Shown here in pieces: positions 1-7,289 of a stretch of DNA of 44,717 nt. The stretch covers positions 1-44,717 of the forward strand of contig LSCG01000003.1 in assembly GCA_001577055.1 (NCBI GenBank), read 5' to 3'. The position numbers were made by a program, and so were the translations under genes. The notes beneath the pieces were generated by a model that was not told where the DNA came from, did no database searches, and saw only the letters and a list, made by a program, of their open reading frames with translations. Positions within the stretch are counted from its first letter, which is position 1, and every line of letters starts with the position of its first letter. Source of the stretch: Fidelibacterota bacterium TCS56 (GTDB lineage Bacteria; Fidelibacterota; Marinisomatia; Marinisomatales; TCS56).

Positions 1-394
1 CCCTTCGGCTCATAACGTCCTGTGCGACGATGTGTGAGGTCATTCCTGCTGATGATTCTGTTAATAGTTCTCAAGGATGGTAGTTCTGGTACACCCAATT
101 CGGTGAGCTCCCAGTGAATGGCTTGTGCGCCATAGAATACATCTTCATTGTAAAGACTTTGCCTGGTCAACTTAATAACCTCTTCCATCTCTGAACTTGT
201 TTTTCCTGAGACTTGCTTTGGGGTTCTTTGCCTGTCTGTATACCATTTCTCTTCATTGGACTTATATCTATCAAGCCACTTAAAAAACCAGGCTTTTGAC
301 TTTCCCATTGAGACATATATACTTTTTGGCTGTTCTCCATTTAAATGTCTGTCTATTGCTCTCTGACGTTCACTCTCTCTGCTTTTTTATTCAC
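1..394 (-). mobile_element. 5' portion of an integrase-core (rve/DDE, IS481/IS3-like) transposase gene; continues past the left window edge; apparent 1-nt frameshift near its start
   Basis: The minus-strand frame is open from 386 to 1. It reads KSRESERQRAIDRHLNGEQPKSIYVSMGKSKAWFFKWLDRYKSNEEKWYTDRQRTPKQVSGKTSSEMEEVIKLTRQSLYNEDVFYGAQAIHWELTELGVPELPSLRTINRIISRNDLTHRRTGRYEPKG. That is an HTH, an RxPK linker and a second HTH, as in N-termini of rve-type transposases. A GTG at 392-394 with a GGGAG SD opens VNKKAE.. in another frame, and this joins the main frame only through a 1-nt shift in the T6 run at 383-388. This ORF is not in the supplied track because it is edge-truncated. Confidence 0.6.
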
Positions 395-454
395 TTTTAC
401 TCCCTGAAGTTTATTCCTTTTTACAACTAATAATCTATTTTGTTGCAGGAGAGT

Positions 455-502
455 CCACGATGTGGTGGCACTTACTCGGGTCTACGATGTTATGGCATTT
501 AC
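455..502. repeat. Two imperfect 21-nt direct repeats (455-475 and 482-502), candidate subterminal transposase-binding sites or the IS end
   Basis: ccacgatgtggtggcacttac versus ctacgatgttatggcatttac, 17/21 identical with a 27-nt period. They lie between the transposase start and the repeat array. Confidence 0.4.
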
Positions 503-504
503 CA

Positions 505-766
505 GTTAAGCGTTAGGCGGTGACGATACCCGAAAAACTCGTTAGGCGTTAAGCGGTGACGATGCCCGTCTGTGCTGCGACCAAACTCCATCCGGCGCGA
601 CAACGGGCCTCGTAACCGAGTACCGACAAACTCGTTAGGCGTTAAGCGGTGACGATGCCCGGTGCTCCATTTGTCTGTGCTACGACTAATCACTTTCCAG
701 CACGACAACGGGCCTCGTAACCGAGTACCGAATAACGAGGTAAGCGTTAGGCGGTGACGATGCCCG
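505..766. repeat. Tandem mosaic array of ~95-nt repeat units: two complete units (538-625, 631-730) and two 5' half-units (505-532, 736-766)
   Basis: Each unit starts with the paired heptads GTTAGGC/GTTAAGC followed by GGTGACGATGCCCG, at 505, 541, 634 and 739. Complete units end with CGACAACGGGCCTCGTAACCGAGTACCG. The central 29-41 nt differ between units. Confidence 0.85.
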
Positions 767-782
767 CCTGCGCTGCACTCGC

Positions 783-797
783 ATTTCTTCATCATAA
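783..797. repeat. Left arm of a 15-nt inverted repeat bracketing the four-helix-bundle gene
   Basis: atttcttcatcataa is the reverse complement of 1234-1248 (ttatcatgaagaaat) at 14 of 15 positions. Confidence 0.6.
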
Positions 798-811
798 TGA
801 ACCTGCCTGCA

Positions 812-1207
812 CTATTGCCTGCGGGGATCTTTGAATTTGGTCCATGCTTTGGAAAGATTATATAATTGCCTCCCTGATTTATCATATTTATCAATCAACT
901 CTGCCAAGGACAATTCCACCATCAAATCTCCGTAAATATCACGGCACATTTCTAGTCCAACGATTGTCTCGTTGCATTCAGCCATTGCATCATCCAGATA
1001 TTTTTGAAAACCGAATTTTTGATGTCTTTTGGCGTATCCTTCGGCAATTAACCTTGGTATTGCTTTCACTGACCGGCTTAACTGGTCACGCAAATCATAT
1101 TTCTCAATAACAGGGATTTTCGGTAATACTTCTTTTATTACTAACAAACATAATTGATAGGTATTCTGGTAAACATCTAAATCATGGAATGATTTGATCC
1201 CCGACAT
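812..1207 (-). CDS. Four-helix-bundle protein (23S rRNA intervening-sequence protein / S23p / Avd-like family)
   Basis: 131 aa. MSGIKSFHDLDVYQNTYQLCLLVIKEVLPKIP..EKYDLRDQLSRSVKAIPRLIAEGYAKR..FQKYLDDAMAECNETIVGLEMCRD is the characteristic pattern of this family. An AGGGGTG SD lies upstream. Confidence 0.85.
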   Translation of the reverse strand: MSGIKSFHDLDVYQNTYQLCLLVIKEVLPKIPVIEKYDLRDQLSRSVKAIPRLIAEGYAKRHQKFGFQKYLDDAMAECNETIVGLEMCRDIYGDLMVELSLAELIDKYDKSGRQLYNLSKAWTKFKDPRRQ

Positions 1208-1233
1208 AATTCACACCCCTATTATTTCTGCCG

Positions 1234-1248
1234 TTATCATGAAGAAAT
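1234..1248. repeat. Right arm of the inverted repeat bracketing the four-helix-bundle gene
   Basis: ttatcatgaagaaat; see the 783-797 feature. Confidence 0.6.
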
Positions 1249-1280
1249 TACTCAGGGGCTATTGTCTGATAAAAGAAATC

Positions 1281-1377
1281 GTTAAGCGTTAGGCGGTTAC
1301 GATGCCCGGTGCTCCATTTGTCTGTGCTACGACTAATCACTTTCCAGCACGACAACGGGCCTCGTAACCGAGTACCG
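1281..1377. repeat. Fifth, complete copy of the ~95-nt repeat unit, directly abutting the yqeY stop codon
   Basis: 79 nt (1299-1377) are identical to 652-730. The heptad order is swapped (GTTAAGC then GTTAGGC) and GGTGAC is replaced by GGTTAC. Confidence 0.9.
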
Positions 1378-1821
1378 CTAACCGAGTTTTTCCCTGACAA
1401 TGTTTTGCGCCAGTTTACCATCGGCCCGGCCGGCGGAACGCTGCATTACCTGAGGCATGACCTTGCCAATGTCGCTCATACCGGAAGCACCTGTCTCAGC
1501 AATGACTTCCTCCACCAGCGCCCGTAATTCGTTTTCTGACATCATCTGCGGCAGATACGGTACCAAAATGTCCAGTTCAGCCTGGGTCTTTTCCATCAGG
1601 TCGGCGCGGTTGCCAGCTTTAAAAGCTGTCAGCGATTCCTTCTGCTGGCGCACCAGCGATTGAATGATCTTGACTTCTTCCTGCTCGGATAGATCTTCCC
1701 GCCGTTCTATCCGCTTGTCTTTCAGGCGGGACAGGGCCATGCGCAGGGTCGTGGTACGCTGTTTTTCGCCGGACTTCATGGCGGCATACATATCTTTTTG
1801 CAGTCTTTCAAATAATGACAT
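1378..1821 (-). CDS. yqeY: GatB/YqeY domain-containing protein
   Basis: 147 aa. MSLFERLQKDMYAAMKSGEKQRTTTLRMALSRLKDKRIE.. is the typical YqeY N-terminus. An AGGAGG SD is present, 11 nt after the upstream gene. Confidence 0.85.
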   Translation of the reverse strand: MSLFERLQKDMYAAMKSGEKQRTTTLRMALSRLKDKRIERREDLSEQEEVKIIQSLVRQQKESLTAFKAGNRADLMEKTQAELDILVPYLPQMMSENELRALVEEVIAETGASGMSDIGKVMPQVMQRSAGRADGKLAQNIVREKLG

Positions 1822-1832
1822 AATTCAGCCTC

Positions 1833-2645
1833 CTAACTCTGATCGATATTTTTCATTGCCAGCAGTAAATGATCCTTGTTGACGTCGAAACCGATAAAAC
1901 GTCGCCCCAGTTTCTTGGCGGCAACCCCGGTGGCGCCGGTCTTCATAAACGGATCGACCACCCAGTTCAATTTGGCGGTACTGGCATTAATTATATTAGC
2001 TAATACCTTGGATTCAAAACGCTCCAGGTTGGCTCTGATATCACGATGGTTCGGGAAGCGTGCACTCCAGAAATTACCAGACGGGATACTTTCATCGTCT
2101 TGATTGTCGGTCTTTTCCGGCCGGTGAAATTTATTGGAAACCGTGGCAAACCAGATATCGCCCAGCTGATTGGTCCACAGACGCTGGCGCTGCCCGCCAC
2201 CGCTGGGATTCTCCCAGGTTATCCTGGTCTGGACCTGGAATACCTCGCTTAACAGGGCCTGGTACATGCCGGAAAATCGCCAGTGGGAGAACAGGTAGAT
2301 GGCGCCCTGTTCCTGCAGTATCCGGCGGCATTCCCTGATCCAGCCCTGATTCCATTGGTAATATTCATTCAGCGTCATGGCCTGTCCCTGCCGGGCCGGA
2401 CCTTCCCACGGCTCCTGCGGGGGATCGGCCACTACCAGATCAACCGTTGCCTCCGGAATTGATTGCAGGCCGGCCAGACCGTCAACCAGGTAGGCGCCTT
2501 CGTTTAAACCATTGCTGAAATCCAGGTCATCAGCCGTGCGGACCGCTGATAAATAGCGATTCAGGTCAGCGATTGACAAACCGTTTACCGGTTCTAAAGG
2601 CTGGTCAAAAAGCGGTCCAAAGGATTCTTTCTCAGGATTGGTCAT
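1833..2645 (-). CDS. Beta-class N6-adenine/N4-cytosine DNA methyltransferase-like protein (N6_N4_Mtase fold) with non-canonical motifs
   Basis: 270 aa. A motif IV-like VVADPPQ (aa 72-77) precedes a C-terminal motif I-like VVDPFMKTGATGVAAKKLGRRFIGFD. This order is typical of beta-class MTases. Confidence 0.7.
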   Translation of the reverse strand: MTNPEKESFGPLFDQPLEPVNGLSIADLNRYLSAVRTADDLDFSNGLNEGAYLVDGLAGLQSIPEATVDLVVADPPQEPWEGPARQGQAMTLNEYYQWNQGWIRECRRILQEQGAIYLFSHWRFSGMYQALLSEVFQVQTRITWENPSGGGQRQRLWTNQLGDIWFATVSNKFHRPEKTDNQDDESIPSGNFWSARFPNHRDIRANLERFESKVLANIINASTAKLNWVVDPFMKTGATGVAAKKLGRRFIGFDVNKDHLLLAMKNIDQS

Positions 2646-2729
2646 CGGCGGGAAGTTACATTTCCCCCGTTAAAGATTACAGTCGAAAGCTGGGCTTGAT
2701 TTAGAGACTGCCGTGATGAAATTTCGGCC

Positions 2730-3152
2730 ATGGAAAAAGCTAAAATCCTGTTTTTGTGTACCGGTAATTCCTGTCGTTCCCAAATGGCGGAAGGCTTGAT
2801 GTGCCACCTGGCCGGCGATCGTTTCCAGGTATTCAGCGCCGGCACCGATCCCAGTGGCGTCCACCCGCTGTCCATCGCCGTCATGCAGGAAATCGGCATT
2901 GATATCAGTGGCCACACTTCCGATCCTATCGATAAATACTTGACGGCCGGGATCGATATCGTCATTACGGTTTGCGATCATGCCCGGGAGGCCTGCCCGG
3001 TTTTTCCCGGCGCGGTCAAACATTATCACTGGCCCACGGCCGATCCCTTCAGCGGTTGGGAAGCCGATCCCCGGCACCTGCCGGCTTACCGCCTCACCCG
3101 CGACACCCTGAAAACTAAAATCGAAGAGTTTCTCCGGACCGAAAATACCTGA
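2730..3152 (+). CDS. arsC: Arsenate reductase, thioredoxin-coupled LMW-PTP type
   Basis: 140 aa. It has a CTGNSCRS P-loop (CX5R) plus the VCDHAREACP cysteine pair, as in Bacillus/Staphylococcus ArsC. Confidence 0.85.
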   Translation: MEKAKILFLCTGNSCRSQMAEGLMCHLAGDRFQVFSAGTDPSGVHPLSIAVMQEIGIDISGHTSDPIDKYLTAGIDIVITVCDHAREACPVFPGAVKHYHWPTADPFSGWEADPRHLPAYRLTRDTLKTKIEEFLRTENT

Positions 3153-3225
3153 TTTCTATTGTTGACCGGCGCCTGATTCCATCGTAATATTTCGGCGTCT
3201 ATCAAATTTTGAGGGAACGGGTGCT

Positions 3226-5649
3226 ATGATTATTATATTTATGCTGACTTGTTGCCTGTCCCTGACCGGTCAGGTCATTTTCAGCGAAATCATGTTCAAT
3301 CCCCCCGGCAGTGATTCACCCAATGAATTCATCGAGCTGTTCAATCAGTCCGATTCCACTTTAGATTTATCCCAGTGGATCATTACCGACCGGGCCGCCG
3401 GCGACATCCTGATCCCCGATTCACTCAACCCGGGCCCGCTGCTTCCCGGCCGCCACGCCCTGATAATCGAAGGCGACTACGACAATCAACTCTACGTGGA
3501 CCTGCTGCCGGACTCAGTCGCCCGCTACCGCACCGCCACCAGCACCATCGGCAACGGCCTGGGTAACAGCGGCGATTCGCTGTGGTTGCGTGACGCCGAT
3601 TCCATTCTGGTGGCGGTCACCGGATGGAGCGCGGCCGTCCCTGCCGGCTATTCGCGGGAACGGATTCGCTACCACCGCCCCGATGCGCCGGGGAACTGGT
3701 CTGCCAGCCTTGACTCGCTGGGAACGCCCGGACTGCCCAACAGTGTGCGCCCCCATCAGGTGGATGGCGCTGTGGTGGCCGGTTCCCCGCGCTTCGATCC
3801 GCCAATTATCGCCGCCGGTGAAACCACCAGCCTGCATTTTGCAGTTGCCAACCGGGGACTGGCAGCCTTTTCCGGGTCGGCGCAGGTGTACCGGGCCGGT
3901 GACTGGTACAATTCCCTGCCACTGCCTGAATTAGCGGAATTGGATACAATGGCCTTTTCACTGCCGGTGATGGATTCCACCAGCGGGGTAAACCGCTGGC
4001 TGGTGCAACTGGTGGTGGACGGTGATGGTAACCCGGGCAATAATTGTGACAGCACCATTCTCAAGGTGCGCTTTATGTCCGGTGCAGTGACAATCAATGA
4101 ATTTCTTCCCCGGCCGCTAACGCCGCAAGTTGAGTTCGTTGAGGTAACTAATCATTTGGCTTACCCGGTTAACCTGGCGGAATGGTCACTCCGGGATGCC
4201 GGCTCCAGTTACTACCGACTCCCGGCTATCGTCGCCGCTCCCGGACAACTGGTGGTTATCGCCGCCGACACTTCCCTGAAGTTTCATTTACCGGATCCCA
4301 CCGGGCTGATTTGCCCGCTGAATGGCTGGCCCACCCTGAATAACGATTACGATCAAATCAGGATTTATGATCCCTGCCTTACCATCATTGATTCACTCAG
4401 TTACTCCCCCGCATGGGGCGCGGTTGCCGGCTATTCGCTGGAGAAACGCCTGCCCGGCCTGGCCTCTGCCGATCCCGCTAATTGGGCTGCCGCCCGGAAT
4501 GATGCAGGTATGACTCCCGGCCAACCGAATTCAATCATGCCGCATAATATCGATGTGGGTATCGTCCCCAATTCGATTACGCACAATCCCCACTTCCCGG
4601 AGAACAGCCAGACCGTAGATTATCATCTGCAGATTATTAATTCCGGTTTGACTGCGGCTACGCCGTACCTCCAATTGGCCATCGATTCACAGCCTTACCG
4701 GGAGTATTCGGTTATCACCGTTAATCCTGGCGATTCCCTGGATGTCAGCCTGGAATTGCCGGCTTTTACCAGCGGATTTCATCACCTGCAGTTCACCGTT
4801 GCGGCGCCTGGCGATTCCAATTCCGCCAACGACAGCGCCGGCGACACGCTGGTGGTCAGTTATCCGTCAGGGGCGGTGCGAATCAATGAATTTCACTGTC
4901 AACCGGCTGCCGGTTTTACCGAATATATTGAGCTGGACGCAACCCATATTTCAGATTGCGGCGGCTGGGGCTTCAGCGATCAAAACACATCGGCGGTGGG
5001 GTTGCCGTCAATTTCACTGGTGGAAAAGTCATTTCTGGTGCTGGCAGCCGATTCTCAATTACACGCGCCCATTCCGGCGGGAGCACCGCTGCTGATACCG
5101 TCAACCTGGCCAACGCTAAATAACTCCGATGATTGCATCTATATTTATGATCCAACCGGAAAAATTATTGACTCCCTGTGTTATTCGGCAGACTGGGATA
5201 TTGAAGCGGGGCGCAGCATGGAAAAATTGCGTACCTCGCTGGTTTCCAATGATCCGGACAACTGGGCGCCGGCCGTTAATCCCGCCGCCGGTACTCCGGG
5301 GACCGCCAACAGCATTTGTCCCGCAGACACCACCGGCGCCGGCTACCTGCACTGCAAACCCAATCCTTTTTCACCGGACGGTGACGGCCGTGATGATCGG
5401 CTGCATATCCATTATCGTGTTCCCTTTGATCTGCCGGCCGTCCGTGTCGAAATTTTCGATTTGCTGGGCCGGCGGATAGCAGCCCCGGCCTGGAACACGC
5501 CCGCCGCCCGTGAAGGAATCATCATCTGGGACGGGCGGCGGAAAAACGGGGATCCGGCCCGCACCGGCGTTTATCTTGTGAAATTCACTGCCACCAACGG
5601 CGGGCGCCGCTGGGAAAAGATAGAATCTATCGTTATAGCCCGCAATTAA
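3226..5649 (+). CDS. Secreted protein with three lamin-tail domains (LTD), Ig-like spacers and a C-terminal T9SS/FlgD-Ig-like sorting domain
   Basis: 807 aa. LTD signatures are VIFSEIMFNPPGSDSPNEFIELFNQS, VTINEFLPRP..VEFVEVTN and VRINEFHCQP..TEYIELD, each followed by WPTLNN/GNSGD..I.IYD. The C-terminus is NPFSPDGDG..VRVEIFDLLGRRI..TGVYLVKF. Confidence 0.8.
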   Translation: MIIIFMLTCCLSLTGQVIFSEIMFNPPGSDSPNEFIELFNQSDSTLDLSQWIITDRAAGDILIPDSLNPGPLLPGRHALIIEGDYDNQLYVDLLPDSVARYRTATSTIGNGLGNSGDSLWLRDADSILVAVTGWSAAVPAGYSRERIRYHRPDAPGNWSASLDSLGTPGLPNSVRPHQVDGAVVAGSPRFDPPIIAAGETTSLHFAVANRGLAAFSGSAQVYRAGDWYNSLPLPELAELDTMAFSLPVMDSTSGVNRWLVQLVVDGDGNPGNNCDSTILKVRFMSGAVTINEFLPRPLTPQVEFVEVTNHLAYPVNLAEWSLRDAGSSYYRLPAIVAAPGQLVVIAADTSLKFHLPDPTGLICPLNGWPTLNNDYDQIRIYDPCLTIIDSLSYSPAWGAVAGYSLEKRLPGLASADPANWAAARNDAGMTPGQPNSIMPHNIDVGIVPNSITHNPHFPENSQTVDYHLQIINSGLTAATPYLQLAIDSQPYREYSVITVNPGDSLDVSLELPAFTSGFHHLQFTVAAPGDSNSANDSAGDTLVVSYPSGAVRINEFHCQPAAGFTEYIELDATHISDCGGWGFSDQNTSAVGLPSISLVEKSFLVLAADSQLHAPIPAGAPLLIPSTWPTLNNSDDCIYIYDPTGKIIDSLCYSADWDIEAGRSMEKLRTSLVSNDPDNWAPAVNPAAGTPGTANSICPADTTGAGYLHCKPNPFSPDGDGRDDRLHIHYRVPFDLPAVRVEIFDLLGRRIAAPAWNTPAAREGIIIWDGRRKNGDPARTGVYLVKFTATNGGRRWEKIESIVIARN

Positions 5650-5677
5650 AAAAGGGCGGTGAATAGCCGCCCTTTTG
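5648..5677. terminator. Bidirectional rho-independent terminator between convergent genes
   Basis: aaaaaaGGGCGGtgaataGCCGCCCtttt: a GC stem flanked by an A-run and a T-run. Confidence 0.8.
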
Positions 5678-5697
5678 TACAAGTTTGCAGGGTTGAG

Positions 5698-6420
5698 TTA
5701 AAAACCAAGACCTAATCTGATATTCAAAGCACCGAAACCATTCTGGTCCGGAAATATATCTTTCGCTATCGTGTAACGGTAGTTCACAAAAGTATCAAAC
5801 ACCAATAGTTTCACCTGAATACCGGCCTGGATGTGAAGACCGGTAGCACTTTCAAGATTGTCCTCAACATATTCAATGATTTTGTCCTGCATAGTCTGCG
5901 CATCAAAACTGGCATATAAATCGTCCCCCAGTAGATTCTGCATCATATCAATCGACATGTAGGGGGCGGTGCGATGAAAATTCATTCCACCACCAGCATG
6001 AATTTTGACTCCCCCCAGAATCGGCAGGCCAACACCAAGTAGTTTCTTGCGCGCCGTCAGGTAAGCGGAGCCACGGGCATAGGTGAATTCGGCATCGTCT
6101 GGTGTTGAAGCCAGCAACCCATCACTATCATAGTTGCTGAAATTAAAGTCATAGGTAGCGGCTGACAGATTGAAGTCCGCTTCAAGATCAATGAACGGAA
6201 TAAAATCGAGATACAGATATCCGCCTAGAGAATACGGATTCTCGAAACCACCCCTCGTCATAACAGCTTCATAATTATCTTCACTCAGTGAATTGGAATA
6301 ACCATCCACTGTGGCCATTTCCTGTCCGAGTGACAATCCAAATCCGACAAATGCAAAGGTTGGTGAAACAGGTATTATTAGTAAACCCATTAGTAGAAAC
6401 AGCAGTACTCTTGATTTCAT
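5698..6420 (-). CDS. Outer-membrane beta-barrel (porin-family) protein
   Basis: The signal peptide MKSRVLLFLLMGLLIIPVSPTFA starts at ATG 6420, which has an AGGAG SD; the track ORF extends to 6486. It shows alternating beta-strand patterns and ends in a C-terminal ..LGLGF. Confidence 0.7.
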   Translation of the reverse strand: MKSRVLLFLLMGLLIIPVSPTFAFVGFGLSLGQEMATVDGYSNSLSEDNYEAVMTRGGFENPYSLGGYLYLDFIPFIDLEADFNLSAATYDFNFSNYDSDGLLASTPDDAEFTYARGSAYLTARKKLLGVGLPILGGVKIHAGGGMNFHRTAPYMSIDMMQNLLGDDLYASFDAQTMQDKIIEYVEDNLESATGLHIQAGIQVKLLVFDTFVNYRYTIAKDIFPDQNGFGALNIRLGLGF

Positions 6421-6841
6421 TTCCCGACTCCTCACTATTCGCTTAGTATTGATATTTATTAAGTTTTTCGCCCCCGGGCTAACCACAATAATGCCAAATT
6501 TAACCGCTCAGAGCTATTTCACAATAGCTGATTTTTTACGGTCGTGTTTTATCTCACAATTCCCTCGCCGTCCTCCCAACACACGCTGTTACAGCAACTA
6601 ATCGCAAAAAGCTGAACTCTTGGTCCGGTTTTACGTATTTCTGCCATGAATTACGGAGGAAAAATGAAAAAGTTGTTAACCTGGATTATTCGCCACAAAT
6701 TACACAAATAAACACAAAAGTTAAAGAAACAAATGATTACAAAAAATGATCTCGCAGAAAAACATATCAGTTTTGGCACATATAGTAGCTCTTCTAATTT
6801 GAATATAAATATTAGTGTAACTTCGTGTTCATTCGTGGCTG

Positions 6842-7126
6842 ATGAATAGGTCAGGGTTAATAGTACTACTAATGGGTTTCACGCTGGTGTCAGCGCAGAA
6901 AATAGTCACTAAGACGATCAAAGTTGATGAAGGCCAGGATTGTAACATCAGGATTGAAGCTGACAACCTGGACAGTAATATCGTCATAATCATCGACCGG
7001 GACGGTCAGGTTGAAAAATTCTCACTCGATCCCGGTTCCAAGATCAGCCAGCGACTCCAACAGCTCCTGGCTGAGCATGATATCGATTTGGATAATTTCA
7101 ATTTTGAGGAACTGGAAGATATTTAG
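6842..7126 (+). CDS. Small secreted hypothetical protein
   Basis: 94 aa with signal peptide MNRSGLIVLLMGFTLVSAQK and an acidic C-terminus. I recognise no family. Confidence 0.5.
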   Translation: MNRSGLIVLLMGFTLVSAQKIVTKTIKVDEGQDCNIRIEADNLDSNIVIIIDRDGQVEKFSLDPGSKISQRLQQLLAEHDIDLDNFNFEELEDI

Positions 7127-7289
7127 GGCTTCCTCAAAAAGCCGGCTTCAGTGATTTTGAGTAAATATTACCAATCAACCTTTTTTGAAAGATGATGAAT
7201 TAATCAGGCTAAATTAATCCGATCCGCCCGGCGTGATTATATCAAACCACCGGAGCATCAGGACCGGTAACCTTGGTGGACAGCGCTGA

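Noticed and set aside
505-766. CRISPR array interpretation of the tandem repeats.
   Set aside because: The conserved part between variable centres is ~63 nt, too long for a CRISPR repeat. There are only two or three spacers, and one spacer recurs identically at 1309-1349 on the other side of a gene. No cas genes are present.
499-894. 131-aa minus-strand ORF from the track (GHRHRLTPNEFVGTRLRGPLS repeats).
   Set aside because: It is the translation of the DNA repeat array and overlaps the 3' end of the four-helix-bundle gene. The composition is His/Arg/Gly-rich, as expected from GC-rich repeats, and I recognise no family. I do not call it a gene. The in-frame periodicity (36, 93 and 105 nt) is recorded in the repeat-array finding as an open question.
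812-1207. Diversity-generating retroelement, with the four-helix-bundle protein as Avd.
   Set aside because: There is no reverse transcriptase ORF in the window. Differences between repeat copies are not adenine-specific template/variable repeat differences, and no C-type-lectin-fold target gene is adjacent.
505-1377. Integron cassette array or CALIN, prompted by GTTAGGC/GTTAAGC matching the attC core site GTTRRRY and a small cassette-like ORF.
   Set aside because: I could not find a matching inverse core (RYYYAAC) in the geometry required for R''-L''..L'-R' on either strand. The two heptads are adjacent rather than spaced, and no intI is in the window. It is left as a test to run, not a call.
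1833-2645. Restriction-modification system.
   Set aside because: Only the methyltransferase-like gene is present. The neighbours are yqeY and arsC, and its motifs are non-canonical.
6774-6789. Sigma-54-like promoter TGGCACatatagtaGC upstream of the 94-aa gene.
   Set aside because: The GG-to-GC spacing is one nucleotide longer than the strict -24/-12 spacing, and the -12 region reads TAGC rather than TTGC.
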